From assembly GCA_963813815.1 (NCBI GenBank), contig CAWFAD010000016.1:96001-160000 (forward strand): a stretch of 64,000 bases of DNA, read 5' to 3'. This DNA comes from an uncultured bacterium. Its GTDB lineage: Bacteria; Krumholzibacteriota; Krumholzibacteriia; Krumholzibacteriales; Krumholzibacteriaceae. Below are positions 45,470-55,188 of this stretch, one piece after another. Position numbers and translations under genes: made by a program. Below the pieces are notes generated by a model. It saw only the letters and a program-made list of their open reading frames with translations. It did no database searches and was not told the DNA's origin. Within the stretch, counting starts at the first letter, position 1; every line of letters starts with the position of its first letter.

Positions 45470-47056
45470 CTATCCCCGATAGACGCGGTAATCGACGTCG
45501 GGGAAGATGTTGTCCCGCCGCTCGACCTCTCCCAGCCATTGGTCGTTCACGCGGTGGTTCTCGATGTCGTGGTAGAGGCGGTCGAACCGGGCGACGTGAT
45601 CCTTGGTGCGCTTGACGGCGTACTCGACCATCGTGCCGGTCTTCATGATGAACGCCCAGTCGCTCCCCTGCGCGAGGACGAGCTCGCGCGCGGCCTGATT
45701 GAGGGCGCGTCTCATGAGGCCGTCCGCGTCCGGGAACCGCTCGGCGAGGGCGACCATGCGGTCCGCCATCATATGGAGGTGCCGGTAGATCCAGTCGTTC
45801 TCCCCGGCGAGCCAGTGCTCGCTGTATCCCTTATAGCCCCACGAGGACAAGGACGGCGTCACGACCTGAAGCTTCGGATGCCGCTCGAGATACTCCCACG
45901 GCGTGATCATCTCGATCGTCTTCTGGTCGAAGAACGTCTTGCGGATGAGAAACTCGATCCACTCCGGCCCTTCGTACCACCAGTGGCCGAAGAGCTCGGC
46001 GTCGTACGGGGAGACGATCATCGGCTTGATCTTGAGGAAATCGTGGAGCCACTCGACCTGCTTCTGGCGGTTGAAGAGAAAGTTGCCGGCGTGGGTCGCG
46101 GCCTTTTCGCGCGCGATCGACGGCTTGTAGGGCTCCTTGTGCTCGCCGGGCCCCGTGATGCGGTAGTACTTGATGCCGAGGTTCACGCGGTTGCCGTCCG
46201 CGTGGAGGTAGGGCCGGATGTAGTCGTAGTCGAGGTCGAAGCCGACGTCCCGGTAGAACTCCCGGTAGTCGTAGTCCCCCGGGTATCCCTGCTTCGCGCT
46301 CCAGACCTGCTTGGAGGATTCCATGTCGCGCGCGAAGGCGGCGACCGCCGAGGGGGTGTAAACCGGCGCGAAAACTCCGTAGCGGGGGCGCGGCGTTCCG
46401 AAGAGCAGGCCGTGCGTGTCGACGAAGAAGAAGCGGATGCCCGCCTCTTTGAGAATCTCGTCGACGCCCGGCGCGTAGCCGCACTCGGGGAGCCAGATGC
46501 CCCGCGGCCGCCGCCCGAAGTGTTTCTCGTAGTGCGCGCACGCGATCTCGATCTGCGCGCGCTGCGCCCTGCGGTTCAGCATGAGGGGGAGGTATCCGTG
46601 GGTCGCGCCGCAGGTGATGATCTCGAGCTTGCCGAGATCCTGAAAGCGCCGGAAGGCCGCGACGACGTTGTTGTAGTAGCGCTCGCTGAAGATCTGCCGC
46701 GCGCGGGTGAGCCGCCAGAAGTACATGAGAGCGAGCTCGTGAAACTCGGGCAGCCAGCGCGTGCGCTCTATCTCCCGCCCGGCGAGATCGATGAGCTTGT
46801 TGAGATGCCGGAGATACCGGTACTGAAGGAGCGGATCGCTCATCATCGAGAGGAGCGTCGGGGTGATCGACATCGTCACGCGGAAATCGACGCCGTCCTC
46901 GATGAGCCGGTCGTAGATCTCGACGAGCGGGAGGTAGGTCTCCGTGAGGGCCTCGAAGAACCAGTCCTCCTCGAGAAACGCGTCGTACTCCGGGTGCCTG
47001 ACGTACGGAAGGTGAGCGTGGAGAACGAGCGCCAGGTAGCCTTTCGCTTCACTCAT
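45470..47056 (-). CDS. GH57 1,4-alpha-glucan branching enzyme (DUF1957)
   Basis: LVLHAHLPYVRHP, ATHGYLPL, GIWLPECGY, YREFYRD, PYDAELFGHWWYEG and QGSDWAF motifs. Confidence 0.94.
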   Translation of the reverse strand: MSEAKGYLALVLHAHLPYVRHPEYDAFLEEDWFFEALTETYLPLVEIYDRLIEDGVDFRVTMSITPTLLSMMSDPLLQYRYLRHLNKLIDLAGREIERTRWLPEFHELALMYFWRLTRARQIFSERYYNNVVAAFRRFQDLGKLEIITCGATHGYLPLMLNRRAQRAQIEIACAHYEKHFGRRPRGIWLPECGYAPGVDEILKEAGIRFFFVDTHGLLFGTPRPRYGVFAPVYTPSAVAAFARDMESSKQVWSAKQGYPGDYDYREFYRDVGFDLDYDYIRPYLHADGNRVNLGIKYYRITGPGEHKEPYKPSIAREKAATHAGNFLFNRQKQVEWLHDFLKIKPMIVSPYDAELFGHWWYEGPEWIEFLIRKTFFDQKTIEMITPWEYLERHPKLQVVTPSLSSWGYKGYSEHWLAGENDWIYRHLHMMADRMVALAERFPDADGLMRRALNQAARELVLAQGSDWAFIMKTGTMVEYAVKRTKDHVARFDRLYHDIENHRVNDQWLGEVERRDNIFPDVDYRVYRG

Positions 47057-48360
47057 TTTATAACGGGTTCCTTTGCGCGGGATTTCTTCGCGACGCCCGT
47101 CTCGATCGTTCGCTCCTCGACGCCGTCCGCCGATACGGCGGTGACGGGAAGATCGAGCTTGCCGTCAGGCAGGGCGAAGCGGAGGGAGAAGGTGCCGTCG
47201 GGGCGGAGCTTCACTTCCTTCCCCTGCACGGAGACGCGCGCGTCGGGCTCGGTGCCGCCGTAGAGAATGAGCTCGGTCGCGACCCAGAGCCGGAAGGCGC
47301 GCCCCTTCTCCCCGGCCGGCCACGCGCCGCTCCCGAAGCTCGATACGGCGCCGGAGCCGGAGGTGATCTGCTCGAGAAGATGCCGCTCGATGAGCCCGCG
47401 GAGCTCCGCCGAGGCGGCGTGCATGTCGAGCCCGCCCGAGGCGGCGAAGATCTTGTCGAACACGTCGTCGGGGACCATCCACTCCTCGTCGACCCGGTCG
47501 CTCACGCGCGCGCTCGGGGTCTCCACGACGTTCGAGACGGCGACCTGCTCGAAGCGTCCGTCGGGGGAGAGGGCGCCGATCGCGATCTGGTAACGGCGCT
47601 CGGCCGAGACGTTGACGTACCAGTTGCGCGCCTCGTGCGTGACGGTGATGTCGAAGTGCTTTCTCCTCGCCTCCGACAGGTCGTACACGCGGAGCACCAT
47701 GCGGCACTGGGGCCAGATCTCCCCGAAGACGCGCTCGAGCTCGCGGTACTTGTGATCGGTGACTTCCCAGTAGGTGAAGAGCCAGTACGGGTCGCGGACG
47801 AGCGCGGCGATGCGGTCGACGTGGTACGACGAAGGAATTTCGATCGCCTCGACGGGAGGCATGATCCGCTGCTCGGCGCCGAGGAAGTACTTGCCCTCCT
47901 CGGCCATCCGGCGGATCTCCTCCTCCATCGGCCGTTTCGCCTGCGACGCGGGCTTGGCGGCGCCGGGGAGCGGGGGCCGCTCCGGCCTTCGGGCGCGGGT
48001 CCGCGCCGTCCGCTTGGGGGCTGCGGGCTTTTCCGGCGCGGCCGGCTCGGGCGCGCGGACGCGGGATTTCTTGGACTTGGCTCCGGCGACGACCTTCTTC
48101 GCGGCGGCCTTCGCCTTTTCGACGCTCCTCGCGGCGCGGGCCTTTTCCGCGCGCCCCCCGGCGCGCGACGCCTTCGACGCCGTGCCCGCGACGACGCGCT
48201 TTTTCACGGACGCCGCGATGAGGCTCTTGCGCCTCTCCGCCGCGGTTATCGCGTCGATGAGCTCCGCCTTCGACATCATGCTCGTGACCCTGAGACCGTT
48301 CGATTTCGCGAGATCGAGAAGCTCGAGCTTCGTCAGCCGATTCATTTCCTGGGGGGTCAT
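47053..48360 (-). CDS. DUF4912 domain protein with an N-terminal Rho-N/HeH-like motif and a Lys/Ala/Arg-rich linker
   Basis: LTKLELLDLAK..GL....MSKAELIDAI, LVRDPYWLFTYWE, RNWY, SNVVETP and ELILYGGTEPDA...DGTF motifs; AAGGAG RBS. Confidence 0.88.
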   Translation of the reverse strand: MTPQEMNRLTKLELLDLAKSNGLRVTSMMSKAELIDAITAAERRKSLIAASVKKRVVAGTASKASRAGGRAEKARAARSVEKAKAAAKKVVAGAKSKKSRVRAPEPAAPEKPAAPKRTARTRARRPERPPLPGAAKPASQAKRPMEEEIRRMAEEGKYFLGAEQRIMPPVEAIEIPSSYHVDRIAALVRDPYWLFTYWEVTDHKYRELERVFGEIWPQCRMVLRVYDLSEARRKHFDITVTHEARNWYVNVSAERRYQIAIGALSPDGRFEQVAVSNVVETPSARVSDRVDEEWMVPDDVFDKIFAASGGLDMHAASAELRGLIERHLLEQITSGSGAVSSFGSGAWPAGEKGRAFRLWVATELILYGGTEPDARVSVQGKEVKLRPDGTFSLRFALPDGKLDLPVTAVSADGVEERTIETGVAKKSRAKEPVIK

Positions 48361-48592
48361 TTCGGTCCGCTCCTTGTTTCGTGCCGCATTAACATAAATA
48401 CGGGCAAACGCGCGAATGTCAAGGCTTATTAGCCCGGACGAGATTCTGATTGAATTGCAACTCGTTTTGTGATAGCATGTTCGTGCGGCGGTCGAATAAA
48501 GCCCCACATTTTTCGACATCAAGCAAAAACCATAGCCATATGGCGGCCTGTTCGGCCGGCGCGCGATGTTGGCATATCATCGAAGGGGGGCG

Positions 48593-51500
48593 ATGGATAT
48601 GAAACGTTTCGTGTTTTCGGCCATTCTCTCCGCGTCGTTCGCCGCGCTTGCGGCCATGCCGGCGGACGCGCGCGAGGTCTCCCGGCCGCAGATCCAGCTC
48701 GAGCGGGCGCCGGCGGCCGAGGAATCCCTTGAGCTCGCCGAACCCGGCCTTCTCGGGCTCTACCAAGAGGCGGCGGTCGATACCTACTGCATCGTCTGGT
48801 ACGACTTCGAGCTCATGGACTGGCAGGGCTGGACGCGCGTGGACAAGACGGCGCAGCCCGACACCTTCTTCCACGTCGACGATTTCGCGGGGATCGCCGG
48901 GCCCGATTTCAGACCGATCGAGGGCGATCAATCGATGTGGTGCGGCGCCGGCGCCGACTCCTTGCGATCCGTATATGTGCCGATGGGCCGAAGCGCCCGG
49001 CTACGGGAACGGTGGGACCAGCGGCTCACGACCGGCCTCTTCGAGCTTCGTCGGAACGATCACGCTCTCGTACCATATCGTCTGGGACAGCGAGCAGGAA
49101 TACGATTTCACCTGCGTCGAGTACGACGCCGGAGGCGGCGACTGGCAGCGCTTCGGCCTCCTACGACGGCGGAGCGGGAACGACGGCGGCCGAGCACGAG
49201 CTGCTCCTCGCGAGCGGGCGGAACGAGCGATTCGATTCCGCTTCAGCTCGGACGGAGCGTGGAGCGACGCGGACGGCCTCTACGATTCGAGCGGCGGCTG
49301 CATCGTCGACTCGATACGCGTTCGCGACGAGGGAACGTTCGACGATTTCGAGGATTTCGAGGGCGTTCCGGCCGGCTCGTTGAAAGCCGGCATATGGAGC
49401 GCCGAGCCGGGGCCGGGCTTCGGGATGTACTCGGGCCTCGCCTACAATCTGAGGGACCGCGACCCGTGCGGGGACAACTTCGAGAGCCAGATCGTGTTTT
49501 GGATCGGCTCTGACATTCCCAGCCCGGATTATCCGGAGCAATACGTCACGCCCTTCTGCCTCGGGCTCGGCGGCGATGAGGCGCTTTGCCAGCATGAGGC
49601 GGTATATTCGCCTTACATCGACATGGCGAAATACTCGACCGGGTGCGACGAGGCTCAGGACGGCGTCATCCCTCTCGAGGATCTGCCGGAGCTCGGCGGG
49701 TGCCGCCTCGCGTTCACCGTCTATCGCGATCTTCCGCTTGCGAACCTCGTGTTCTACCAGTGGGCCGTGCGGAAAATCGGGGAGGACGGATGTCCGGGGC
49801 CGTGGCAGGACTTTGATTTCACCTACTACGGGACGGATGGCGTTTACCTGCAATCGAGCTACGACGTGAGCGGATATATCGGCGGGAACGATCCCGTCCA
49901 GATCAGCTTCGGCATCATCGACCTGTGCGACGCATGGTACCTGTACTACGGAGACTGCTCCGAGCATACCAGCACTCCCTATTTCGACAACGTGCGGCTC
50001 TATCGATATGAGACCTCGGGCCCGCAGTGGACGTACCGCGACAGGAATCTCTTTCAGGATAACTTTCCCGAGCAGGAGTACAATCTCGAGAGCGCCGTGC
50101 GCGCCGACGCCGCCCTCGACATCAATTCCTACCTCGATCCGGTAATCCGGCCGGGGGATTCGGTCGTCGTCACCTGCGCGTCTCTTCTCGGCGGCGGCAT
50201 CGCGCTCGATCCGGCGCTCGGCGGCCCCGCGGTGTACCTCCACGTGAAGGCCTCGTACATCGGGCCGGCGCCGGAGAAGCCGAATCTCTACGGCCCGGCG
50301 CTCGCCGGATCGGTCCAGTCCGGCCCCGCCACTATCGGTTTCAACTATGTGAGCGACGACGGCGCGTGGACCGTGATTCAATGCGACAGCGCGCGAACGC
50401 GGGCTGTCGTCGTCGGGGACGTCTACATGGTCGATCTCGCCGACGATCTCTTCACGCGAGGCTACGAGGTGGAGTACTACTTTACGGCGAGGGACGCCGC
50501 GGGCCGCGAGTCGGCGCTTCCGCGATACGCGCGCACCGGACCGCCGTACTTCGAGTGGACGGCGCTCCCGACGCTCGCGAGCGAGGTGCTGTTCGTCGAC
50601 GATTCCCGGTATTCGACGGCGAGCCCGGGGCCGAGCCCTGCGGAGCTCTACTGGAGCTACGCCCTGAGCGGCTTTCTCGAAGCTCCCCCCGACCGGTATC
50701 ACGTGATCGCCGCCGCCTCGGCCCTGTCGAACGGCCCGGGGAGCAGAGCGAAGGACTACCAGCTCACGCAGGCGTATAAAGTCATTGTCTGGGAGTGCGG
50801 CGATCAGGACGCCTGCACGATCAGCGACGGCACGAGGGAGAGCGACAAGAGCAACGATTGCCGGATGCTCGTCAACTGGATGTATCTCTCGGAGCACTCG
50901 TGCGGCCTCTGGATCTGCGGAGACGAGGTCGCGAGCGATCTCGACGATCTGTCGAGCCCGGACGCCGCGAGCCTTATGAACATTTGGTGCGGCGTCGACC
51001 GTATCAATCCCAGCTACTTCGATCTCACGGGCGGCTTGTCCGGGGGTACCGTGACGCCCCTCGTGACGGGCTCTTCGGACCTCGGGCTTTACAGCCATTA
51101 CGGAACGCCGGATGATTGCTGGCTGTTCGGCGGCTGCCCGCTCATCAACGGTTTCGACGTTCTCGAGAAGACCTCGAACGGGAAGTACGCGCTCGATTAT
51201 CCGGACTACGAGGGCAATCCATACCATGCCGCCATTGCGTCGGAAACGGTGAATTCCAACGCCTATCCCGTGCGCACGATGTGGTTCGGTTTCAGCTACC
51301 AGTACATCCGGAGCGATGATTTGAGGAGCCCCATCGATCGGGTAGAGATAGCGCGGGACACGTTTCTGTGGATGCAGATGCTCATCTATACGGGCGAGGA
51401 AGGCGCAATCCCCTCGGCATACCGCCTCGCGCAAAACTTCCCGAACCCGTTCAATCCCGCGACGGCGATCCGGTACGACGTTCGCGAAAAGGGGCTCGTC

Positions 51501-51692
51501 TCGATCCGGATATACGACGTTTCGGGCCGGCTCGTGCGGACGCTCGTGAACGATGTCAAGGAGGCGGGAAGCTGGACGGCGGCCTGGGACGGCAAGAACG
51601 ACGCCGGCGCGCCGGCCGCGAGCGGAATCTATTTCTGCAAAATGCGTGCGGGCGAGTTCGAGGCGACACGCAAGCTCGTGATGCTGCGGTGA
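48593..51692 (+). CDS. Large secreted Cys/Asp-rich protein with FlgD-Ig/T9SS-type C-terminal domain; several indels around 48950-49220
   Basis: Signal peptide MDMKRFVF...ADA; RFRFSSDGAWSDADG beta-sandwich motif; C-terminal LAQNFPNPFNP...SGIYF...KLVMLR. Coding sense switches frames in the first 700 nt. Confidence 0.8.
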
Positions 51693-51707
51693 GCGCGCGC
51701 CCGCGCG

Positions 51708-52976
51708 TCAGAGGTGCAGGTTTAAAATCGGGAGGACGCGGAGTCCCCGGCGGTTGTTTCTCGCGACGTTGAGGAGTCCGAGCTGGAATCCCTTGAGCTC
51801 GCGGGCGTAGTTCACGATCCCGATCGAGAGGCCCGTCAGCGGGCCGTCGATCGAGTTGAGCGTCGCGATCGAGATCCCTTCGAGCTCGCGCGCCCTGACC
51901 ACGAGCCCGGCGGCCGCGGCGCCGCGTATCCGGTCGGCGCGGACGATGAGCCCTGAAATCCCGACACCCTCGAGCGCTTCCTCGGCCCGAATGTCCATGC
52001 CGTGCAGCGCCACCCAGCGCACGTTTCTTCCCTGAATTCCGGCGAGCGAGAAGTCGAAGTCGATGCTGCGGCCGGATCCATCGCCGTCGTTTCGCGAGGT
52101 CTGAACACCGAAGAGCCCGATGGCGCCGATCGCGACGCCGCTTATATCGCCTTCCGAGACGACGCCCCCGAGACTCGCGGCGACTCCGGTTACGCCCCGC
52201 TCGCCGATTACGGCGATTCCGGCGGCCGAAATGCCCGCGAGAGTCCGCTCGGCGACCGAGGCGAGCCCCGCGATCGATATGCCCGCGAAGTCTCGCTCCG
52301 CGACCGAGGCGAGGCCCCCGATCGATATCCCCGCGAAATCTCCCTCGGCGACCGAAGCGAGGCCCCCGATCGATATCCCCGCGAAATCTCCCTCGGCGAC
52401 CGAGGCGAGCCCGCCGATCGATATGCCGCTGAAATCCCCTTCGCAGACGCCCGCGAGTCCTCCGGCAAGGATGCCGGAGGCGTCTCCGCCCGCCGCCGCG
52501 GCCAGTCCGCCGATCGATATGCCAGCGAGGCGGCCGTCGGCGACGCTCGCGAGCCCCCCGATAACGATGCCGGCCGCGTCCCCGTCGCTCACCGCGGCGA
52601 GCCCGCCGACGGCGACACCGGAGAGGTTCGATTCGCTGACGACCGCGAGGCCGCCGAGAGAGACGCCCCGCAAGCTGGAGGCGGCCGGGCCGATGAGACC
52701 CACCATGAGCCCGCGCATCACGGCGTCGGGATTTCGCTCGGGTTTCCAGAAGGTGACGTTGACGCCGTTTATCTCCTCGACTCGGTCGTCGACGAGGTTC
52801 AGTCTCAACCCGTTGAAGCGCCGCGAGTTGCCGAAGCTGACCCCCGTGTTGTTCACCGCGAGGTCGAGGCTGCAGCCGCCCGTGCATTGTCCGTTTTCGT
52901 CGGGGGCCGCGAAGGCGCTCGAAGCGCAGCAAAGGGCACCGATCAAGATGGCGGGAAGCGACAGGGCTCTTTTCAT
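51708..52976 (-). CDS. Exported 15-aa repeat protein (LA_2272-like, probable beta-solenoid)
   Basis: GGAGG RBS, signal peptide, GISIGGLASVAEGDFA-type repeats and C-terminal GFQLGLLN...LPILNLHL. Confidence 0.8.
   Translation of the reverse strand: MKRALSLPAILIGALCCASSAFAAPDENGQCTGGCSLDLAVNNTGVSFGNSRRFNGLRLNLVDDRVEEINGVNVTFWKPERNPDAVMRGLMVGLIGPAASSLRGVSLGGLAVVSESNLSGVAVGGLAAVSDGDAAGIVIGGLASVADGRLAGISIGGLAAAAGGDASGILAGGLAGVCEGDFSGISIGGLASVAEGDFAGISIGGLASVAEGDFAGISIGGLASVAERDFAGISIAGLASVAERTLAGISAAGIAVIGERGVTGVAASLGGVVSEGDISGVAIGAIGLFGVQTSRNDGDGSGRSIDFDFSLAGIQGRNVRWVALHGMDIRAEEALEGVGISGLIVRADRIRGAAAAGLVVRARELEGISIATLNSIDGPLTGLSIGIVNYARELKGFQLGLLNVARNNRRGLRVLPILNLHL
52120..52680 (-). repeat. Intragenic 45-bp tandem repeat array
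   Basis: About a dozen degenerate units. The central copies (about 52250-52440, gcgaccgaggcgaggcccccgatcgatatccccgcgaaatctccctcg) are nearly identical. Confidence 0.85.
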
Positions 52977-53183
52977 GCGAAGCACCTCCGGCGAAGCTCT
53001 CCCTCGAGCGAAACTATATGAGATGGGCTACGCAAAGCATACGAAATTTCGAGAATATGGTTCCGCGACGGGTCCGCCATCGAAGCAAAAATCTGTTTCG
53101 CGAGGGGTCGAATGGGCGTAGTCTTCGGGAGGGGATCCCGCTCTCTCTGCCGGCCGCGGCAGGTTCAAAAGGAGGGGTTATCA

Positions 53184-54482
53184 ATGAAAAGGCTCATTGC
53201 GCTCGCGCTCTTGCCGTTTCTCTGCTCGTGCGGCGAAGACGGGACCGGCGCGATCGGCGACACGCCGCAGGTCACCGGCGACTACATCGTCCTCGCGTGG
53301 AACGACCTCGGCATGCACTGTCTCAACCCGACCTATAATCAGCTCGTCGTTCTCCCTCCGTACAACACGCTCTGGGCGCAAGTGATCCAGCGCGGCGCTC
53401 CGCCCCGCGTCGTTACGGCGGGGGTCGCGGTCGAATACCGGATCGTCGACAACACGACGTCGTACCCGAAGGCGCATTACGGGCAGTTCTGGCAATACGG
53501 CGTGCAGCTCTTCGGATCGATCTTCGGCATCACGGAGCTTCCGCTCGACGTCGGCCTCAAGGGCGCGGGGCTCGCCGGCGCGATGGAGCCCTCGAGCGGC
53601 TATTTCGTCGTCGAGGGGATCCCCGTCGTGCCGATCTACGACAGCAACGGCTCGTGGGATCCCTATCAGGTGGCCGAGATCGTCGTGAAGGACGCGGACG
53701 GAGTGGAGATCGCGAAGACGCGAACGACCGTGCCGACGTCCGAGGAGATGAAGTGCAGCCGCTGCCACGGCGACGCGGCCTTTCTCGACATTCTCTCGAA
53801 GCATGACTCGGAGAACGGCACGAGCCTCTCGGCGGCCCAGCCCGTGCTCTGTCAGGGGTGCCACGGCGATCCCGCGCTCGGGCTCATGAGCGCGGGCACC
53901 TCGGGCGTTTATCTATCGAAGGCGATACATGAGGCGCACGCCGATCGAGGCGCCGCGTGCTACGACTGCCATCCCGGTCCCATCACGCGCTGCAGCAGAA
54001 GCCTCAGGCACACCACGGATGACGGGTACTGCGTCAACTGCCACGGCACGATCGCGGCCGTCGCGAGCTCCATCCCGACGCCGCGCCTTCCGTGGGTGAA
54101 CGAGCCGAACTGCTCGAAATGCCACTCGAGCGCCATCCCGGACGTGAACACGGGGGACGTCCTCTACCGCAACGCCATGGGACACGGAAATCTCTACTGC
54201 GCCGCGTGCCACGGGAGCCCGCACGCGATGATCCCGTCGCGCGAGAGCGCGGACAACTACCAGTCACGGCAATATCAGGGGTTCACGTCGACGGTGAAGA
54301 GCCTCGGGAGCTGCGGCGTTTGCCACGAGAGCTCCCGCGGCGCCGACGAGATCGCCGAGTTCGATGAAAAACACGGGAGCTCGAGCCCGAAGGTCTACAT
54401 CGGCTGCCACATGTGCCATTCGTCCGTGCCGGCGAACACCCTGCAGTGGCCGCACGGGTACCAGTGGCACAACACCAACTGA
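53184..54482 (+). CDS. Octaheme cytochrome c lipoprotein
   Basis: AAAGGAGG RBS, lipobox LCSC, N-terminal AWNDLGMHC domain and 8 CxxCH motifs (CSRCH, CQGCH, CYDCH, CVNCH, CSKCH, CAACH, CGVCH, CHMCH). Confidence 0.92.
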   Translation: MKRLIALALLPFLCSCGEDGTGAIGDTPQVTGDYIVLAWNDLGMHCLNPTYNQLVVLPPYNTLWAQVIQRGAPPRVVTAGVAVEYRIVDNTTSYPKAHYGQFWQYGVQLFGSIFGITELPLDVGLKGAGLAGAMEPSSGYFVVEGIPVVPIYDSNGSWDPYQVAEIVVKDADGVEIAKTRTTVPTSEEMKCSRCHGDAAFLDILSKHDSENGTSLSAAQPVLCQGCHGDPALGLMSAGTSGVYLSKAIHEAHADRGAACYDCHPGPITRCSRSLRHTTDDGYCVNCHGTIAAVASSIPTPRLPWVNEPNCSKCHSSAIPDVNTGDVLYRNAMGHGNLYCAACHGSPHAMIPSRESADNYQSRQYQGFTSTVKSLGSCGVCHESSRGADEIAEFDEKHGSSSPKVYIGCHMCHSSVPANTLQWPHGYQWHNTN

Positions 54483-54519
54483 CGCCGCCGCAGGGCGGAC
54501 GATAGGGCCGAAATGCAAA

Positions 54520-54550
54520 GCGAGCCGGAGCTCGAAAAGCTCCGGCTCGC
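54520..54550. terminator. Perfect 13-bp hairpin between convergent genes
   Basis: gcgagccggagct-cgaaa-agctccggctcgc. Confidence 0.7.
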
Positions 54551-54577
54551 CCGTTTCTCTCGCCGTCGCGCGCGCGA

Positions 54578-55108
54578 TTACTGCGCGGGGGGAGGCGGCG
54601 GAACGAGGACGGCGTCGATGACGTGAATGACGCCGTTCTTCGCTTCGATATCGGTGGCGATGACGATGGCGCCGCCGTTGAGGGAAATGGTTCCCTCCGG
54701 CGTCATCGCGATGGTGAACTCGGGACCGAGCGCCGTTGCGGAGCCCGTGAGCTTCACCACGTCGGCGGCCATGATCTTGCCCGGGACCACGTGATACAGA
54801 AGAATGTTCTTGAGCTGCGGAACGTCGGCGATGAGGCCGTCGAGCGCCCCCGGCGCGAGCTTCGCGAACGCCTCTTCCGTCGGAGCGAACACGGTGAAGG
54901 GACCCTCGCCCTTCAGAGTCTCGACGAGGCCCGCGGCCTCGATGGCCTTCACGAGAGTCGTGAACCGGCCGTCCGCCGTGACGACTTCAACGATGTCGCC
55001 CGGCGTCGTCACTACCGCCTCTTCCTTCGGCGCTTCTTCCTTCTTGCTGCAGTAGAGGAACGAAGCGCAGAGGAGGAGACAGAGAGCGACGGTCAAAAGC
55101 TTCTTCAT
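54578..55108 (-). CDS. Fasciclin (FAS1) domain lipoprotein
   Basis: [27 protein letters not shown] and NGVIHVID motifs. Confidence 0.93.
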   Translation of the reverse strand: MKKLLTVALCLLLCASFLYCSKKEEAPKEEAVVTTPGDIVEVVTADGRFTTLVKAIEAAGLVETLKGEGPFTVFAPTEEAFAKLAPGALDGLIADVPQLKNILLYHVVPGKIMAADVVKLTGSATALGPEFTIAMTPEGTISLNGGAIVIATDIEAKNGVIHVIDAVLVPPPPPAQ

Positions 55109-55188
55109 CAGGCACCTCCTTTGATTCGCCTTGCCTTGAAAATTAGGAGGGAATGTTAAGACTCGCCCGCGAAAATGCAAGATATTTT

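Noticed and set aside
52120..52680. Regular repeats suggesting a CRISPR array
   Set aside because: The units are contiguous, in-frame 45-mers with no unique spacers, lie inside a coding sequence, and no cas genes are present.
53005..53070. c-di-GMP-I/GEMM-like words (GCGAAAC...GAGA...ACGCAAAGC) upstream of the multiheme cytochrome
   Set aside because: The stem around the GNRA loop does not pair well and I see no tetraloop-receptor hairpin. A cmsearch with the Rfam c-di-GMP-I model would be decisive.
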